Positions 28,397-39,950 of a stretch of DNA of 64,000 bases are shown here, piece after piece. This stretch comes from an uncultured Candidatus Binatia bacterium (GTDB taxonomy: Bacteria > Desulfobacterota > Binatia > Bin18), in contig OZ241744.1 of NCBI GenBank assembly GCA_965200965.1, forward strand, positions 576,001-640,000. Direction: 5' to 3'. The notes under the pieces were generated by a model. That model was not told the origin of the DNA, searched no databases, and saw only the letters and a list, made by a program, of their open reading frames with translations. Numbering within the stretch: the first letter of the stretch is position 1; each line of letters opens with the position of its first letter. The position numbers were made by a program, and so were the translations under genes.

Positions 28397-29137
28397 ATGG
28401 AAGATTCGCTTTTGGGTTCGGCCGCTCAGCACACACTGTCCCAGCCGAATATCCTCGAAATGATCACCGGCTCCGGCCCGGTTGTTCAAGCCGTACTCTA
28501 CCTGTTGGTGCTGTTTTCTATTACCAGTTGGGCGATCGTGTTTTTCAAATTTCGCCAACTACGCCGAACCCGACGCGAGTCTGAGCAGTTTACGGTGGTA
28601 TTTTGGGAGACAAAAAATCTGTCTTCCATCCACACTGTCAGCCTGGAGATGAAAGACAGCTCAACCGCCCAGATCTTTCGGGCCGGTTATCAGGAGTTGA
28701 TGCGGATCACCCGTGCTCAGAAGCGTCCCCAAGACCCCGCCCATAAGCCGGATTCATTTGAAGACATTGACGAGGGCGGTGTCGAGAACGTTGAGCGGGC
28801 GATGCGCCGGGCCGCCCGAGAACAGCTGACCCGGCTGGAGAGCGGCTTGACCTTTTTGGCCACTACCGCCAGCACCGCCCCTTTCATCGGTCTGTTTGGA
28901 ACCGTCTGGGGGATTATGAACGCTTTCCTGGGCCTGAGTGCGACCACCACCTCAACTATCCAGGCGGTCGCGCCGGGCATTGCCGAGGCCCTGATTGCTA
29001 CGGCCATCGGCTTGGCCGCAGCGATTCCGTCGGTCGTGGCCTATAATCACTTCAGCCGTCAGGTTCGGCTGGCGTCTTTGGGGATGGAGAACTTCTTGGC
29101 CGAGTTTCTGAATATTGCCGAGCGGCATTTTCTGTAG
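28397..29137 (+). CDS. tolQ: Tol-Pal system protein TolQ
   Basis: LATTASTAPFIGLFGTVWGIM, VAPGIAEALIATAIGLAAAIP; operon context. Confidence 0.95.
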   Translation: MEDSLLGSAAQHTLSQPNILEMITGSGPVVQAVLYLLVLFSITSWAIVFFKFRQLRRTRRESEQFTVVFWETKNLSSIHTVSLEMKDSSTAQIFRAGYQELMRITRAQKRPQDPAHKPDSFEDIDEGGVENVERAMRRAAREQLTRLESGLTFLATTASTAPFIGLFGTVWGIMNAFLGLSATTTSTIQAVAPGIAEALIATAIGLAAAIPSVVAYNHFSRQVRLASLGMENFLAEFLNIAERHFL

Positions 29138-29175
29138 CCCGGTGAAGCTCGGTCCCCCACGCGAGGAGGGAGACC

Positions 29176-29625
29176 ATGGCATTTGATGAGTCAGGCGATA
29201 GCAGTCTATCGCAGATTAATGTGACTCCTCTGGTTGATGTGATGTTAGTGCTGCTGGTCATCTTTATGGTCACCGCGCCGATACTCCGGCAGGGCCTTGG
29301 CGTTGATTTGCCCCAGGTGGAGGCCGGCGCGATGGCCAGCCAGGAGGATCAGCTGGTGGTGTCTGTCAGCCGAGAAGGCAGGGTGTATCTGAACGCGGCC
29401 CGGCTTGAGTTGGACGCCTTACAAACTACCCTGGCGACAATCGTCCAGACCCGTCCAGATCGGATGGTGTATCTGCACGCCGATAAAAACGTTATATATG
29501 GCACAGTCATGGAAGTCATGGCCGCGGTGCGGCAGGCCGGGGTTGTCAGGCTGGGCATGGTGACCGAACCCCCAGCGACAGACACGGCGCGGGCAGAACA
29601 ACCCCAGGAGACACCGGAGGAGTGA
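29176..29625 (+). CDS. tolR: Tol-Pal system protein TolR
   Basis: QINVTPLVDVMLVLLVIFMVTAP, LHADKNV.YG.VM. Confidence 0.95.
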   Translation: MAFDESGDSSLSQINVTPLVDVMLVLLVIFMVTAPILRQGLGVDLPQVEAGAMASQEDQLVVSVSREGRVYLNAARLELDALQTTLATIVQTRPDRMVYLHADKNVIYGTVMEVMAAVRQAGVVRLGMVTEPPATDTARAEQPQETPEE

Positions 29626-29658
29626 GCGCACTTCGCTTCTCGTCAATACGCTCAGATT

Positions 29659-30591
29659 ATGACCTACCAGCTTCGACGAAAAGAACGGCCCGCCCGAGCC
29701 ACTGCCGGCTTCGGGCGTATGCTCGTTCTGTCTGCGGCCTTGCACGCTGGGGCTATTGTCGGCCTAGTCACGGCCGGGGTCAGCAGCTTGGCCCGGCCGA
29801 TGCCGCCGGCTGCCTATAGGGTTTCCCTGGTTGCCCCGTCTGCGCTCGTTCCGTCCCGAGGTGGCCGGCCGGCCTCGGCCCCTGTGCCGCCCAGCCGGCC
29901 CCAAGATCTGTCATCGGAGTTGCCACCGGCGCAAACCATGACGAAGCTGCAAGCGCCACAGCCGGCGGCAAAAAAACCAGCCCAGCCCGTGCCGGAAAAA
30001 GAACGGGTGAAGCTGCCCGACACAAGGCCGAAACCCCGGAAAAAAGTCGCTAGCAAGAAGCCCAAGAAAACGCCACATCAACCCAAACAGCGCACCAAAA
30101 AATTACTAAAGAAACAGGTCGCCAAGACGGCCCGGTCGCCGAAAAAGCCGGCCGCCAAAGCGGCCAAGCCGCGGCCCGCAATATCTGCCCAGGAGCGCGA
30201 TGCACGACACTTGGCCGAAGCCCTCAAGCGTGTGCGCCAGAATGTGAAACCGGCCAGACGCCCCTCTCCACAGGCCAGCGGTTCCGGGGCTGGAGGCGGA
30301 AACGGCAGTCGGGCGATGAGCTTTGTCATGTATACTGCCCAGGTTCAACAACGGGTCAGAGACAGCTGGATTGTGACCCGTAAACAGGCCGGCCTGACGG
30401 CCGTGGTCCAGTTTGGCATCAGACCCAACGGTGAAATTATCGAGATTCAGCTGGCGCGCTCATCCGGCAATGTGGCTTTCGATCAGTCCGCGCTCCGCGC
30501 CGTGCATTACGCCAACCCGCTTCCCCCGCCGCCCCTGGACCATATGCGTGCATTTCTCTCCCAGAAGGTCACAGTCGCTTTTGGCGAATGA
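29659..30591 (+). CDS. tolA: TolA/TonB-like energy transducer
   Basis: TM with SAALH motif, Pro/Lys-rich linker, C-terminal SSGNVAFDQSALRAV...PLPPPP. Confidence 0.85.
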   Translation: MTYQLRRKERPARATAGFGRMLVLSAALHAGAIVGLVTAGVSSLARPMPPAAYRVSLVAPSALVPSRGGRPASAPVPPSRPQDLSSELPPAQTMTKLQAPQPAAKKPAQPVPEKERVKLPDTRPKPRKKVASKKPKKTPHQPKQRTKKLLKKQVAKTARSPKKPAAKAAKPRPAISAQERDARHLAEALKRVRQNVKPARRPSPQASGSGAGGGNGSRAMSFVMYTAQVQQRVRDSWIVTRKQAGLTAVVQFGIRPNGEIIEIQLARSSGNVAFDQSALRAVHYANPLPPPPLDHMRAFLSQKVTVAFGE

Positions 30592-30621
30592 GCAATGGGG
30601 GGAAGGAGGGGAGCGCGGGAT

Positions 30622-31953
30622 ATGAGCAACTGGTTGGGCAATAGGCGACGCGTGGCTCGGGTGAGACTGTCAGGGTTGGCGCGAAGCTGCCGACTGGGGG
30701 CGCTGGTCCTGGCTCTCGCGCTCGGAGTATATCGCCCGGCACGGGCCCAAATCGAAATTAAAGTGCCTGAACCGGGCGGGGCGGTGCTGCCCATTGCGCT
30801 CTCGCCACTGGCGCACCAATCTGCGGGTGCCGACCAGGGTCTGGGGGTGAGGTTCTCCGATATTGTCGCTCGTGACCTTGACCTGTCCGGCCTCTTCCGT
30901 GTCATTGACCGCGGGGCATACCTTGAGGGGCCGGACGCAGCGGTGGAGGCTGAGATCAATTTTGGCCGCTGGTCGGTGCTGGGCGCGCTGGCCCTGATCA
31001 AGGGCAGGGTGTGGGTCGAAGGAGACCGTCTGACTGTTGAGGCGCGCCTGTTTGATGTCGCCCAGCGTCGCTATCTAGGCGGCAAACGTTATCGCGGTCA
31101 ACGGAAAGACCTGCCTGGCATGGCACACCGTTTTGCCGACCACGTCATGCTGCTCCTGACCGGAGAGGAAGGGCCGTTTAATTCCAGGATAGCGTTTATC
31201 TCCAACCGGGCCGGCGGACGGGCCAAAGAGGTCTATGTCACCGACTTGACCGGGAACAAGGTCGAACGGGTGACCCACGCCAGGACCCTCATCCTGGGGC
31301 CGAACTGGAATCCCGGGGCAACCGAGTTGTTTTATATTTCGTACAAACGCGGCGGTCCCTATCCGTTCCGCTTTGAATTGCGCAGCGGCCAGGAGTGGCA
31401 GCTGTCGAAAACCGTTGGGTACAGCGGCCAATGGTCGCCCGACGGCCAGACGATCGCTGTCAGCGCCGAGAGAGATGGCAATACTGACCTTTTTCTGCTG
31501 TCCTCCCAGGGACGTGTGATCCGTCGCTTGACGACCAACGCCGGCATTGATGTCTCGCCGGCTTGGTCACCGGACGGGCGTTGGCTAGCGTTTTGTTCAA
31601 GTCGGAGCGGCAGGCCGCAGATCTATGTGCTAGACCTCGATTCAGGAAATATCCGCCGGCTGACCTTTTCGGGCGGTTCCAATACCTCGCCGGCTTGGTC
31701 GCCCAAAGGCAGACATATCGCCTACACGAGCGAATCCCGCGGACTGGGCATCAAAACCGTTGATGTCCAGTCCGGCCAAGTGTGGACCGTTACCGTTGGA
31801 GAGGACCCCTCCTGGTCGCCGGATGGGCGCTATCTGGTGCTGAGCGCGGGGGGCCGGCTGTGGATTGCCAGTCGGGATGGGCGCAGCGTCAAACAATTGA
31901 CGCGTGGGGAGGGAGATGATACTAGTCCGGCATGGTCAGCCCGTCTGCCATAG
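30622..31953 (+). CDS. tolB: Tol-Pal beta-propeller protein TolB
   Basis: DLDLSGLF, AHRFAD, PD40 repeats (SPAWSPDG); start uncertain. Confidence 0.93.
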   Translation: MSNWLGNRRRVARVRLSGLARSCRLGALVLALALGVYRPARAQIEIKVPEPGGAVLPIALSPLAHQSAGADQGLGVRFSDIVARDLDLSGLFRVIDRGAYLEGPDAAVEAEINFGRWSVLGALALIKGRVWVEGDRLTVEARLFDVAQRRYLGGKRYRGQRKDLPGMAHRFADHVMLLLTGEEGPFNSRIAFISNRAGGRAKEVYVTDLTGNKVERVTHARTLILGPNWNPGATELFYISYKRGGPYPFRFELRSGQEWQLSKTVGYSGQWSPDGQTIAVSAERDGNTDLFLLSSQGRVIRRLTTNAGIDVSPAWSPDGRWLAFCSSRSGRPQIYVLDLDSGNIRRLTFSGGSNTSPAWSPKGRHIAYTSESRGLGIKTVDVQSGQVWTVTVGEDPSWSPDGRYLVLSAGGRLWIASRDGRSVKQLTRGEGDDTSPAWSARLP

Positions 31954-32005
31954 GTGGGCCAGATCACTGACATCAGACAACAGACGATAAGGACCGGGCA
32001 GAACA

Positions 32006-32563
32006 ATGCAGAGCCTCTTTCGGTGGTGCGGGCGGGTGGGTTGCAGCCTGTTTGTTGCGGTCCTCCTCAGTGCTTGTCCAAGCCAACAGTCTCCCCGCCT
32101 GCCCACCCCTCCCCCAGCGGATATCGCTCAGCCTGGGCTTGATCCGGGAAATGCGCCCGAGGAGGGCACTCTGTCCGACCCAGGCAGAAGGACGGAACGG
32201 ATGCTGCTGGAGGGCCCTCGGGCCGACGGAGAATTGCAGGATATTCACTTTGATTATGATGCCTCAGAGCTTTCGCCGCCCGCCCGGGCAACCTTGCAGG
32301 CTAACGCCGGCTGGCTTCACAGCAATCCGACGGCAAAGGTCGAAATTGAAGGCCACTGTGACAATCGGGGAACGGTAGAATACAATCTGGCCCTCGGCGC
32401 TGAGCGGGCTAGGGCCGCCTATGACTACCTCGTTTCTCTGGGTATTGCCCCAGAGCGGATAGCAACCATCAGCTACGGGGAGGAAGCTCCCTTGTGCGCT
32501 GAGGACTCAGAGGCGTGTTGGCGGCAGAACCGCCGGGTCCATTTTCTTATTATCAGCCGGTGA
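32006..32563 (+). CDS. pal: Peptidoglycan-associated lipoprotein Pal
   Basis: Lipobox LSAC, IHFDYD, IEGHCDNRGTVEYNLALG, ISYGEE, NRR. Confidence 0.95.
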   Translation: MQSLFRWCGRVGCSLFVAVLLSACPSQQSPRLPTPPPADIAQPGLDPGNAPEEGTLSDPGRRTERMLLEGPRADGELQDIHFDYDASELSPPARATLQANAGWLHSNPTAKVEIEGHCDNRGTVEYNLALGAERARAAYDYLVSLGIAPERIATISYGEEAPLCAEDSEACWRQNRRVHFLIISR

Positions 32564-32566
32564 CTC

Positions 32567-33364
32567 GTGAACGCGCTCAGATTTTTTGTCGTGCTGTTGC
32601 CGTTGTTGGGAGCTTGTGCGACGCAGTACGATATGCAGCTCGCTCAACAGAACAATCAAGCTCTGCGGACCGGGATTGCAAATGTGGAAGCCACGGTTGC
32701 CGAAGTACACCGCGAGTTGGCCGAATTGAGGGGGGAAGTTGAAACGGTTCGGAACCGTGTTGAGCGCGCTCCCAGCGAGCGCACGGTGGCACCCGAAGTC
32801 CAAGATCTGGAGGCGCGAGTCGTCAGGTTGGAGCAGTCAGAACAGGCTAGGCAGCGCGTTACCCCGCCAACGCGTCGGGAGCGGGCGGTCACCATGCCCT
32901 TTGAGCCGCCGCCCAGCCAGGAAATCCCGACCGACCCTTTCTCTCGGCCCGTTCCAGCCCGCACGACCGAGCCGCCGCCCGGGATGATCCGCGAACAGCA
33001 GGAGTTCACCCTGGCACTCGAACTGCTGCGGGCCGAGGACTATGAGCGGGCAGTCCAGCAATTTCGGACTTTTCAACGCACCTACCCCGCTTCGGACATG
33101 GCCGACGACGCCCTGTACTGGATTGGCGAGATCTATTTTATTCAACGGGACTACAACCGATCGATCCTAGCCCTGAACGATGTTGTCTTACAGTACGCGC
33201 AGGGTGATAGACGGCCGGATGCGCTGGTCCGCCAAGCCGAGGCGTTTCTCGAAATTGGCGATCCTAACTCTACCCGCCTGATTCTGCGCAGGGTGATAGA
33301 CGACCATCCCGACTCTGCGGTCATCCCCAAAGCGAGGTCTCTGCTCCAGTCCCTGGAACCCTAG
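32567..33364 (+). CDS. cpoB: Tol-Pal system protein YbgF/CpoB
   Basis: Lipobox LGAC, coiled coil, C-terminal TPR (YPASDMADDALYWIGE); follows pal. Confidence 0.88.
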   Translation: MNALRFFVVLLPLLGACATQYDMQLAQQNNQALRTGIANVEATVAEVHRELAELRGEVETVRNRVERAPSERTVAPEVQDLEARVVRLEQSEQARQRVTPPTRRERAVTMPFEPPPSQEIPTDPFSRPVPARTTEPPPGMIREQQEFTLALELLRAEDYERAVQQFRTFQRTYPASDMADDALYWIGEIYFIQRDYNRSILALNDVVLQYAQGDRRPDALVRQAEAFLEIGDPNSTRLILRRVIDDHPDSAVIPKARSLLQSLEP

Positions 33365-33387
33365 CGGTCATCTTCCTAACAGCACCT

Positions 33388-34338
33388 ATGGAGATCATCC
33401 GGCATATCCTGAGCCATCCCCGTCTGCCCCATCCGGTCGTCAGTTTGGGCAACTTTGACGGGGTCCATCTTGGCCACCAGGCGATTCTGCGGCGTTTGGT
33501 CCAGGAGGCTGAGCGGCGTCAGGGAACGGCACTGATCATGACTTTTCATCCTCACCCGCTTTCGGTTCTGCGGCCTGACCGGCCGCTGTCGCTGATTCTA
33601 AGCCTGCGGGAGAAATTAGACCACCTAGCCCAGCGGGGGGTGCAGCGGGTGGTGTTGCAGCGTTTCTCGCCCGCCTTTTCGCACCTCAGCCCGGAGGAGT
33701 TTGTCCACCAATATCTGGTCCAGGCCATGGGTGTAGAAAAAATTATCATTGGTCATAACTTTAGCTTTGGCCGGGACCGCACAGGCAACGCTGGGGCGCT
33801 TGAGCAACTGGGCCGGCGCTATGGCTTTGGGGTTGAGGTGGTCGGGCCGGTCCGGACGCTGGACCGAGAGGTAAGTAGCTCGGCCATTCGGTCGTTGTTG
33901 AGTGCGGGGGACCTGGATAGTTCCACTGCGCTCTTGAACCGACCCTATATCGTCAGCAGCCGCGTCCAAAAAGGCTTTCAGCGCGGGCGCACAATTGGTT
34001 TTCCGACCGCAAACCTGCGGCCCCAGGTCGATCTGCTGCTGCCCAACGGCGTGTATGCCGTGCGGCTTAATGTCGGGCGGCAGACCCAACTGACCGGGGT
34101 GGCCAATGTCGGGGTCAACCCCACTTTTGGCCAAAATAAGCGGACGATTGAAGCCCATATTTTTGATTTTGCGGCGGATATCTATGGCCAACGGCTGCGG
34201 GTCGGATTTATTGCCCGGCTGCGGGGAGAACGAAAGTTTCCCTCTGTACAAGACTTGGTCAATCAAATTCAAGAGGATACCGAGCGTGCGCGTGCCCTCC
34301 TTAAGCCAGTGAGGGGTTGTCAATGGGCGCATGGCTGA
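33388..34338 (+). CDS. ribF: Bifunctional riboflavin kinase/FAD synthetase
   Basis: GNFDGVHLGHQ, TFHPHP, VSSSAIR, GRTIGFPTAN, GVYA, EAHIFDF. Confidence 0.96.
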   Translation: MEIIRHILSHPRLPHPVVSLGNFDGVHLGHQAILRRLVQEAERRQGTALIMTFHPHPLSVLRPDRPLSLILSLREKLDHLAQRGVQRVVLQRFSPAFSHLSPEEFVHQYLVQAMGVEKIIIGHNFSFGRDRTGNAGALEQLGRRYGFGVEVVGPVRTLDREVSSSAIRSLLSAGDLDSSTALLNRPYIVSSRVQKGFQRGRTIGFPTANLRPQVDLLLPNGVYAVRLNVGRQTQLTGVANVGVNPTFGQNKRTIEAHIFDFAADIYGQRLRVGFIARLRGERKFPSVQDLVNQIQEDTERARALLKPVRGCQWAHG

Positions 34339-35344
34339 GCAAGAATCACCGCAACAACGAGAACAGGGCCGCACCGTCGAGCCAACTCGGCGGTTTGTGG
34401 TATCGGCAGACTACGGCGGCCAGCGTCTGGACCGGGTCGTTGCCAGCGTCCTCAACGTCAGCCGCTCGCAGGCCAAGGTGTTGATCGACCGGGCCCGGGT
34501 GGTGGTTAACGACGAGGCAAAAAAAGCTGGCTATTGCGTCCGGGTGGACGACAGAGTGTGTGCCGCTCCCTTACCCGCAGTGCCTACCAAGGCGATCCAA
34601 CAGGCCATTCATCTGGACGTTCTGTATGAGGATGAGGTCATCCTGGCCATCAATAAGCCTCCGGCTATGGTTGTCCATCCGGCACCCGGACAGTGGCACG
34701 GGACGGTCGTCAACGCGCTGTTGTTCCGCTGGGGCTGGGCCAACTCTGGCTCCTCACTGCGTCCAGGTATTCTCCATCGTTTGGACAAGGATACCTCGGG
34801 GGTCTTGCTGGTGGCCAAGGACGAAATCAGTACCGAGCGGCTCGCCCGCCAGTTCCAGGCGCGCCAAATCCACAAGACCTACGGATCCGTCGCAGTTGGA
34901 CATTTCCGGGCGCAGATTGGGCGGGTTGAGCTGCCGATTGGGCGCCATCCGACTGATCGAAAGAAGATGTCTGTCCATGCCCGCCACAGCCGGCCCGCGC
35001 TGAGCCGCTATCAGGTAGTGGACGAGGCAGAGGGGCTGTCCTTTGTCCACCTGTTTCCTGAAACGGGCCGAACTCACCAACTACGGGTACATATGGCCGC
35101 TCTTGGCCACCCGCTCGTCGGCGACCGGGTGTATGGTTCTGCTCCCTCCAGGCTCCGTGGAGCACCGGCGGTTGCGCAGACCTTTCCGCGCCAAGCTTTA
35201 CACGCCGAAGCGATTCGGTTTTACCATCCTGGGCAGGAACGGACGATGACGATCCGCGCTCCATATCCGCCGGACATGCGGGCTTTGCTGCGTGCGATAG
35301 GCGTGTCGGACACCCACGACCGTGCAGCAGTCAGTTTGGATTGA
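34331..35344 (+). CDS. rluD: RluA/RluD family pseudouridine synthase
   Basis: S4 domain, NKPPAMVVHP, HRLDKDTSG, TGRTHQLRVH, RQALHA. Confidence 0.9.
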   Translation: MAEQESPQQREQGRTVEPTRRFVVSADYGGQRLDRVVASVLNVSRSQAKVLIDRARVVVNDEAKKAGYCVRVDDRVCAAPLPAVPTKAIQQAIHLDVLYEDEVILAINKPPAMVVHPAPGQWHGTVVNALLFRWGWANSGSSLRPGILHRLDKDTSGVLLVAKDEISTERLARQFQARQIHKTYGSVAVGHFRAQIGRVELPIGRHPTDRKKMSVHARHSRPALSRYQVVDEAEGLSFVHLFPETGRTHQLRVHMAALGHPLVGDRVYGSAPSRLRGAPAVAQTFPRQALHAEAIRFYHPGQERTMTIRAPYPPDMRALLRAIGVSDTHDRAAVSLD

Positions 35345-35588
35345 CACCGCGCTGAAGATCAACTACGGTAGTGGCGTTTCATCCAGATCGAGCGCACATT
35401 CCAGACACACAAGGCAGAAAAACTCTGCTCACCAATTTCCTTATTCCCTCCGGTTGAGAATTTTCCCGCATATCATACACGGCCCCTGTCCGCCCGACGG
35501 ATCTATCACAGCCCGTTAGGGGGGAGAGCAGTTTGTCAGATTCACACCGTTCACACATTGTAAATTGCACACAGTAAGGGAGGATTTC
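35341..35588 (+). promoter_or_regulatory. rho promoter and long C-rich 5' leader (putative Rho autoregulation)
   Basis: TTGACA-17-TACGGT at 35341-35369, followed by about 220 nt of untranslated leader with a C-rich, G-poor stretch. Confidence 0.5.
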
Positions 35589-36917
35589 ATGGCTCGGTCG
35601 GCCGCTCGGCAGCAAGAAGTAGAAGAGCCCCGTGATCTCCGCATCGAGGTTGGTGATGAGGATGGCGGGCTGAATCTGAAGACGCTCAAGGAAAAGAAGA
35701 TCAGCGAACTCGCCAGAATCGCGCGTGGGTTCAACGTCGATGGCACATCGGGCTTCCGCAAACAAGACCTCATCTTCTCCATTCTGCAGGCCCAGGCCGA
35801 GCAGAGCGGCTATATCTACGGTGAGGGGGTGCTTGAAATTCTGTCTGACGGATTTGGCTTCTTGCGCTCCCCGGATTACAACTATCTGCCCGGCCCTGAC
35901 GATATCTACGTCTCTCCGAGTCAGATTCGGCGCTTTAATTTACGCACTGGAGATGTTGTCTCCGGACAAATTCGTCCGCCCAAAGAGGGGGAGCGCTACT
36001 TTGCTCTGCTCAAAGTTGAGGTGATCAACTACGAGGAGCCGGAACGGGCACGCGAAAAAATCCTGTTTGATAATTTGACGCCACTCTACCCCGAAGAGCC
36101 GCTGCGGCTCGAATACGATCCCGAAGCCTATACCGGACGGATTATTGATCTGTTGACACCGATCGGCAGGGGGCAGCGCGGTTTAATCGTCGCCGCCCCG
36201 CGCACCGGGAAGACGATGATGCTGCAGAACATCGCCCAGGGCATTGTCAACAATCAGAAAGAAGCGATCCTCATTGTGCTGTTGATCGATGAACGGCCGG
36301 AAGAGGTGACCGATATGCAGCGCTCTGTCCACGCCGAGGTCGTCAGTTCTACATTTGACGAGCCGGCCACCCGCCACGTCCAGGTCGCTGAGATGGTGAT
36401 TGAAAAGGCCAAGCGTTTGGTCGAACATGGCAAAGATGTGGTGATCCTGCTGGATAGCATCACCCGCTTAGCCCGGGCGTATAACTCTGTTGTGCCGCCG
36501 AGCGGCAAGCTGCTGTCGGGCGGAGTAGACGCCAACGCCCTGCGCGGTCCCAAGAAATTTTTCGGCGCGGCCCGAAACATCGAAGACGGTGGCAGCCTGA
36601 CCATTCTGGGTACCGCTCTTATTGACACCGGCAGCCGTATGGATGAGGTCATCTTCGAAGAGTTCAAGGGTACCGGGAATATGGAAATCCACCTGGATCG
36701 GCGCCTGATGGACAAGCGAATTTTCCCCGCGGTCGATATTAATCGTTCTGGCACCCGCAAAGAGGAACTGCTGCTGAGCAAAGAAGTGTTGAACCGGATT
36801 TGGATTCTGCGCAAGCTGCTCTCGCAGCTCAATACCGTCGAGGCCATGGAATTTCTGATGGATAAGATGGAGGGCACAAAGGATAACGCCGAATTCCTGG
36901 AATTGATGAACCAGTAG
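35589..36917 (+). CDS. rho: Transcription termination factor Rho
   Basis: [63 protein letters not shown]. Confidence 0.98.
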   Translation: MARSAARQQEVEEPRDLRIEVGDEDGGLNLKTLKEKKISELARIARGFNVDGTSGFRKQDLIFSILQAQAEQSGYIYGEGVLEILSDGFGFLRSPDYNYLPGPDDIYVSPSQIRRFNLRTGDVVSGQIRPPKEGERYFALLKVEVINYEEPERAREKILFDNLTPLYPEEPLRLEYDPEAYTGRIIDLLTPIGRGQRGLIVAAPRTGKTMMLQNIAQGIVNNQKEAILIVLLIDERPEEVTDMQRSVHAEVVSSTFDEPATRHVQVAEMVIEKAKRLVEHGKDVVILLDSITRLARAYNSVVPPSGKLLSGGVDANALRGPKKFFGAARNIEDGGSLTILGTALIDTGSRMDEVIFEEFKGTGNMEIHLDRRLMDKRIFPAVDINRSGTRKEELLLSKEVLNRIWILRKLLSQLNTVEAMEFLMDKMEGTKDNAEFLELMNQ

Positions 36918-36984
36918 AAGCTGCGGGCGGTGTTCAGGTCTGTTGAGCGATCGATTTTCCACCCTGATCGGCTTGTCCAGCGCG

Positions 36985-37013
36985 TTGCAAAGCCCCCTCC
37001 CATTTGTTACAAC
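36985..37013 (+). promoter_or_regulatory. Putative sigma70 promoter of rpsB
   Basis: TTGCAA-17-TACAAC. Confidence 0.45.
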
Positions 37014-37067
37014 TCTCGTACCGCAGAGCGCGAGAGCAGGTCGCACCAGTACAGAAAGGTAGGATTC

Positions 37068-37958
37068 ATGATTGATATCACAATCAAGCAACTGCTTGAG
37101 GCTGGGGTCCACTTTGGCCACCAGACCAGCCGCTGGAATCCAAAGATGAAGCCCTATATTTTTGGTGCTCGCAACGGGATCCATATCATCGACTTACAAC
37201 AGACCGTTGGCCTGCTGCGGGAGGTCACGAGCTTTGTCTCAGGGTTAGTCGCTGACGGCGGCCATATTCTGTTTGTCGGCACGAAAAAGCAGGCCCAAGA
37301 AGTTGTGCGAGAGGAGGCCGAGCGGTGTGGGATGTACTATGTCAACAACCGCTGGCCGGGTGGGATGTTGACCAATTTTCAGACGATCAAGAAGTCCATT
37401 GAGCGGCTGAAAAAGCTTGATGAAATGCTCGACACCCCTTCAATCAATGAGGCCCTGACCAAAAAAGAATTGTTGGGGATGAGCCGTGATCGGGACAAAC
37501 TGATGATTACCCTGGGTGGTATCAAGAACATGCGCAAACTGCCGGATGCCATGTTTGTCGTGGACACTAAAAAAGAGGAAATTTCGGTTCGTGAGGCGAA
37601 TAAGCTCGGGATTCCGGTCGTGGCCGCGGTTGATACCAACTGTGACCCGGATACGGTCACCTACAAAGTGCCGGGCAACGATGACGCTATCCGGGCGATC
37701 CGGCTGTTTACCAACGCGGTGGCGGAAGCTGCCCTTGAGGGCCGGGCACAGCTTGAGGAGCGCCAGCAGGCTGAGGCAAAAGACGCGGCTGAGGCCGCCC
37801 CGACCGAGCCCAGCCCTGCTGCTGTCGACGGAGAAGGCGTGGCCGTTGAAGAAACGGCCACGCCGTTGTCCGACACCGCTCCCCGTGCAGTGCAGCTGGC
37901 TCCGTCCCCCTCAGCCGAGCAGGCCGCTGATGCGGGCGAAGACAGAGGTGACGCGTGA
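37068..37958 (+). CDS. rpsB: 30S ribosomal protein S2
   Basis: [42 protein letters not shown]. Confidence 0.98.
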   Translation: MIDITIKQLLEAGVHFGHQTSRWNPKMKPYIFGARNGIHIIDLQQTVGLLREVTSFVSGLVADGGHILFVGTKKQAQEVVREEAERCGMYYVNNRWPGGMLTNFQTIKKSIERLKKLDEMLDTPSINEALTKKELLGMSRDRDKLMITLGGIKNMRKLPDAMFVVDTKKEEISVREANKLGIPVVAAVDTNCDPDTVTYKVPGNDDAIRAIRLFTNAVAEAALEGRAQLEERQQAEAKDAAEAAPTEPSPAAVDGEGVAVEETATPLSDTAPRAVQLAPSPSAEQAADAGEDRGDA

Positions 37959-38575
37959 GCGATCAGATCAGTACTATGGCCCGGCTCAAGGAGATCCGTG
38001 AGCGGACTGGAGCTGGGGTTGTGGATTGCAAAAAAGCCTTAAATGAGAGCGGTGGCGACATTGACCAGGCAATCACATTTTTGCGCGAAAAAGGTCTGGC
38101 CGCAGCTGCCAAGCGAGCTGGACGGGCGGCGGTCCAGGGTGTGATTGGCTCATATATTCACGCTGGTAGCAAAATTGGGGTGCTGGTCGAGGTCAATTGC
38201 GAAACCGATTTTGTAGCGCGTACCGAGGAGTTTCAGCAGCTGGTCAAAGATCTGGGTATGCAGATTGCGGCCTCTCAGCCGCGCTATGTGCGACGCGACG
38301 ATGTCCCGGCCGAGGAAGTCGAAAAAGAGCGGGCGATCTACCGCACCCAGACCCTGGCCGAGGGCAAACCTGAGAAGGTTATTGCTCGGATCGTTGATGG
38401 ACGTCTGGAGAAGTATTACAGTGAGAACTGTCTGCTTGAACAGCACTTTATCCGCGATATGGCAAAGACGGTTGAACAGCTGGTCAAAGAGATGGTGGCC
38501 CGAACCGGAGAAAATATTGTTGTCCGCCGCTTTTCTCGTTTCCAGATTGGCGATGCCGGGGGAGCTGCCGAGTAG
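37955..38575 (+). CDS. tsf: Elongation factor Ts (short form)
   Basis: [34 protein letters not shown]. Confidence 0.97.
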   Translation: MSDQISTMARLKEIRERTGAGVVDCKKALNESGGDIDQAITFLREKGLAAAAKRAGRAAVQGVIGSYIHAGSKIGVLVEVNCETDFVARTEEFQQLVKDLGMQIAASQPRYVRRDDVPAEEVEKERAIYRTQTLAEGKPEKVIARIVDGRLEKYYSENCLLEQHFIRDMAKTVEQLVKEMVARTGENIVVRRFSRFQIGDAGGAAE

Positions 38576-38608
38576 GCAGGGGCGGGCGATACACACCCAA
38601 CGGGAATT

Positions 38609-39346
38609 ATGACTGCCGATGCTTGCACGCTCCCCTATAAACGCGTACTGCTGAAAATCGGTGGCGAAGCGCTGGCCGGAGACAGCGGTTACGGGATCGA
38701 CGAGGCGGTCTTATCCCGGATGGCCGACGAGGTCAGAGAGGTCCATGACCTTGGCTGTGAAATTGCGCTGGTCATCGGCGGCGGGAATATCTTTCGTGGC
38801 GTGGCCGCCAGCGCCCGCCGTATGGCCCGGGCAACGGCCGACTACATGGGCATGTTGGCCACCCTGATGAATAGCTTAGCCATGCAAGAGGCCCTGGAAA
38901 CGATTGAGGTCCAGACTCGGGTGATGTCGGCCCTGAGCGTGTCGCAGGTGGCGGAGCCGTACATCCGACGCCGGGCGACCCGACATCTGGAAAAGGGGCG
39001 GGTTGTTATTTTTGCGGCAGGGACGGGCAATCCGTATTTCACCACGGATACGGCGGCCAGCTTGCGGGCCATGGAAATCGGGGCGCAGGTCATTTTTAAG
39101 GCGACCAAGGTTGATGGCATCTACGATGCGGACCCGGTCCATGTCGCCGATGCCAGGCGCTATCACGAGGTCAGTTACCTCGAGGTTTTGCAAAAGAACC
39201 TCAGAGTCATGGATTCGACTGCGATTTCCCTGTGTATGGACAACGCTCTGCCGATTCTGGTGTTCAGCATGTTGGAGACGGGCAATATCAAACGAGCTGT
39301 GCTGGGAGAGCAGGTCGGAACCCTGGTGCATGGAGGAGCAGTATGA
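38609..39346 (+). CDS. pyrH: UMP kinase
   Basis: [39 protein letters not shown]. Confidence 0.97.
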   Translation: MTADACTLPYKRVLLKIGGEALAGDSGYGIDEAVLSRMADEVREVHDLGCEIALVIGGGNIFRGVAASARRMARATADYMGMLATLMNSLAMQEALETIEVQTRVMSALSVSQVAEPYIRRRATRHLEKGRVVIFAAGTGNPYFTTDTAASLRAMEIGAQVIFKATKVDGIYDADPVHVADARRYHEVSYLEVLQKNLRVMDSTAISLCMDNALPILVFSMLETGNIKRAVLGEQVGTLVHGGAV

Positions 39347-39900
39347 ATGCACAACTACTGGGCGACTTGAAGAAAGAAGCCGACCACACCATTGCTTCTC
39401 TCAACAAAGAATTTCGCAAGGTTCGCACTGATCGAGCCTCGGTTGATCTGATCGAAGATGTGCTGGTTGACTGCTACGGGGCTCCAACGCCCCTGAATCA
39501 GGTGGCTGCCCTTTCGGTGCCTGAGCCTCGTTTGCTGGTGGCCCAGCCCTACGATCAGAACATCATTGGCGATATTGAGAAGGCGATTTATAAGGCAGAC
39601 CTCGGGCTGACACCGGTCAACGACGGGAAGGTCATCCGCGTGCCACTGCCCGAGCTGACCGAGGAACGCCGAAAAGAACTGGTGCGGCATATTCGGAAAA
39701 TAGCCGAAGACTATCGAGTTTCGATGCGCAACCATCGCCGCAGCATAAACGACCGCGTCAAAAAAATGCAAAAGAACAAAGAACTGTCTGAAGATGAGGC
39801 ACGGGCGGCGCAAGAGCGAGTCCAGAAAATGATTGACGAGTCAATCGACAAAATTGCGCATATCCTTCAGGTCAAAGAGGAGGATTTGCTGTCGGTGTAA
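39343..39900 (+). CDS. frr: Ribosome recycling factor
   Basis: [40 protein letters not shown]. Confidence 0.96.
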   Translation: MNAQLLGDLKKEADHTIASLNKEFRKVRTDRASVDLIEDVLVDCYGAPTPLNQVAALSVPEPRLLVAQPYDQNIIGDIEKAIYKADLGLTPVNDGKVIRVPLPELTEERRKELVRHIRKIAEDYRVSMRNHRRSINDRVKKMQKNKELSEDEARAAQERVQKMIDESIDKIAHILQVKEEDLLSV

Positions 39901-39950
39901 AGCCGTAACAGCGCTGTCCTGAGCGACATGTGGTGGAGGTGTGGACGCGA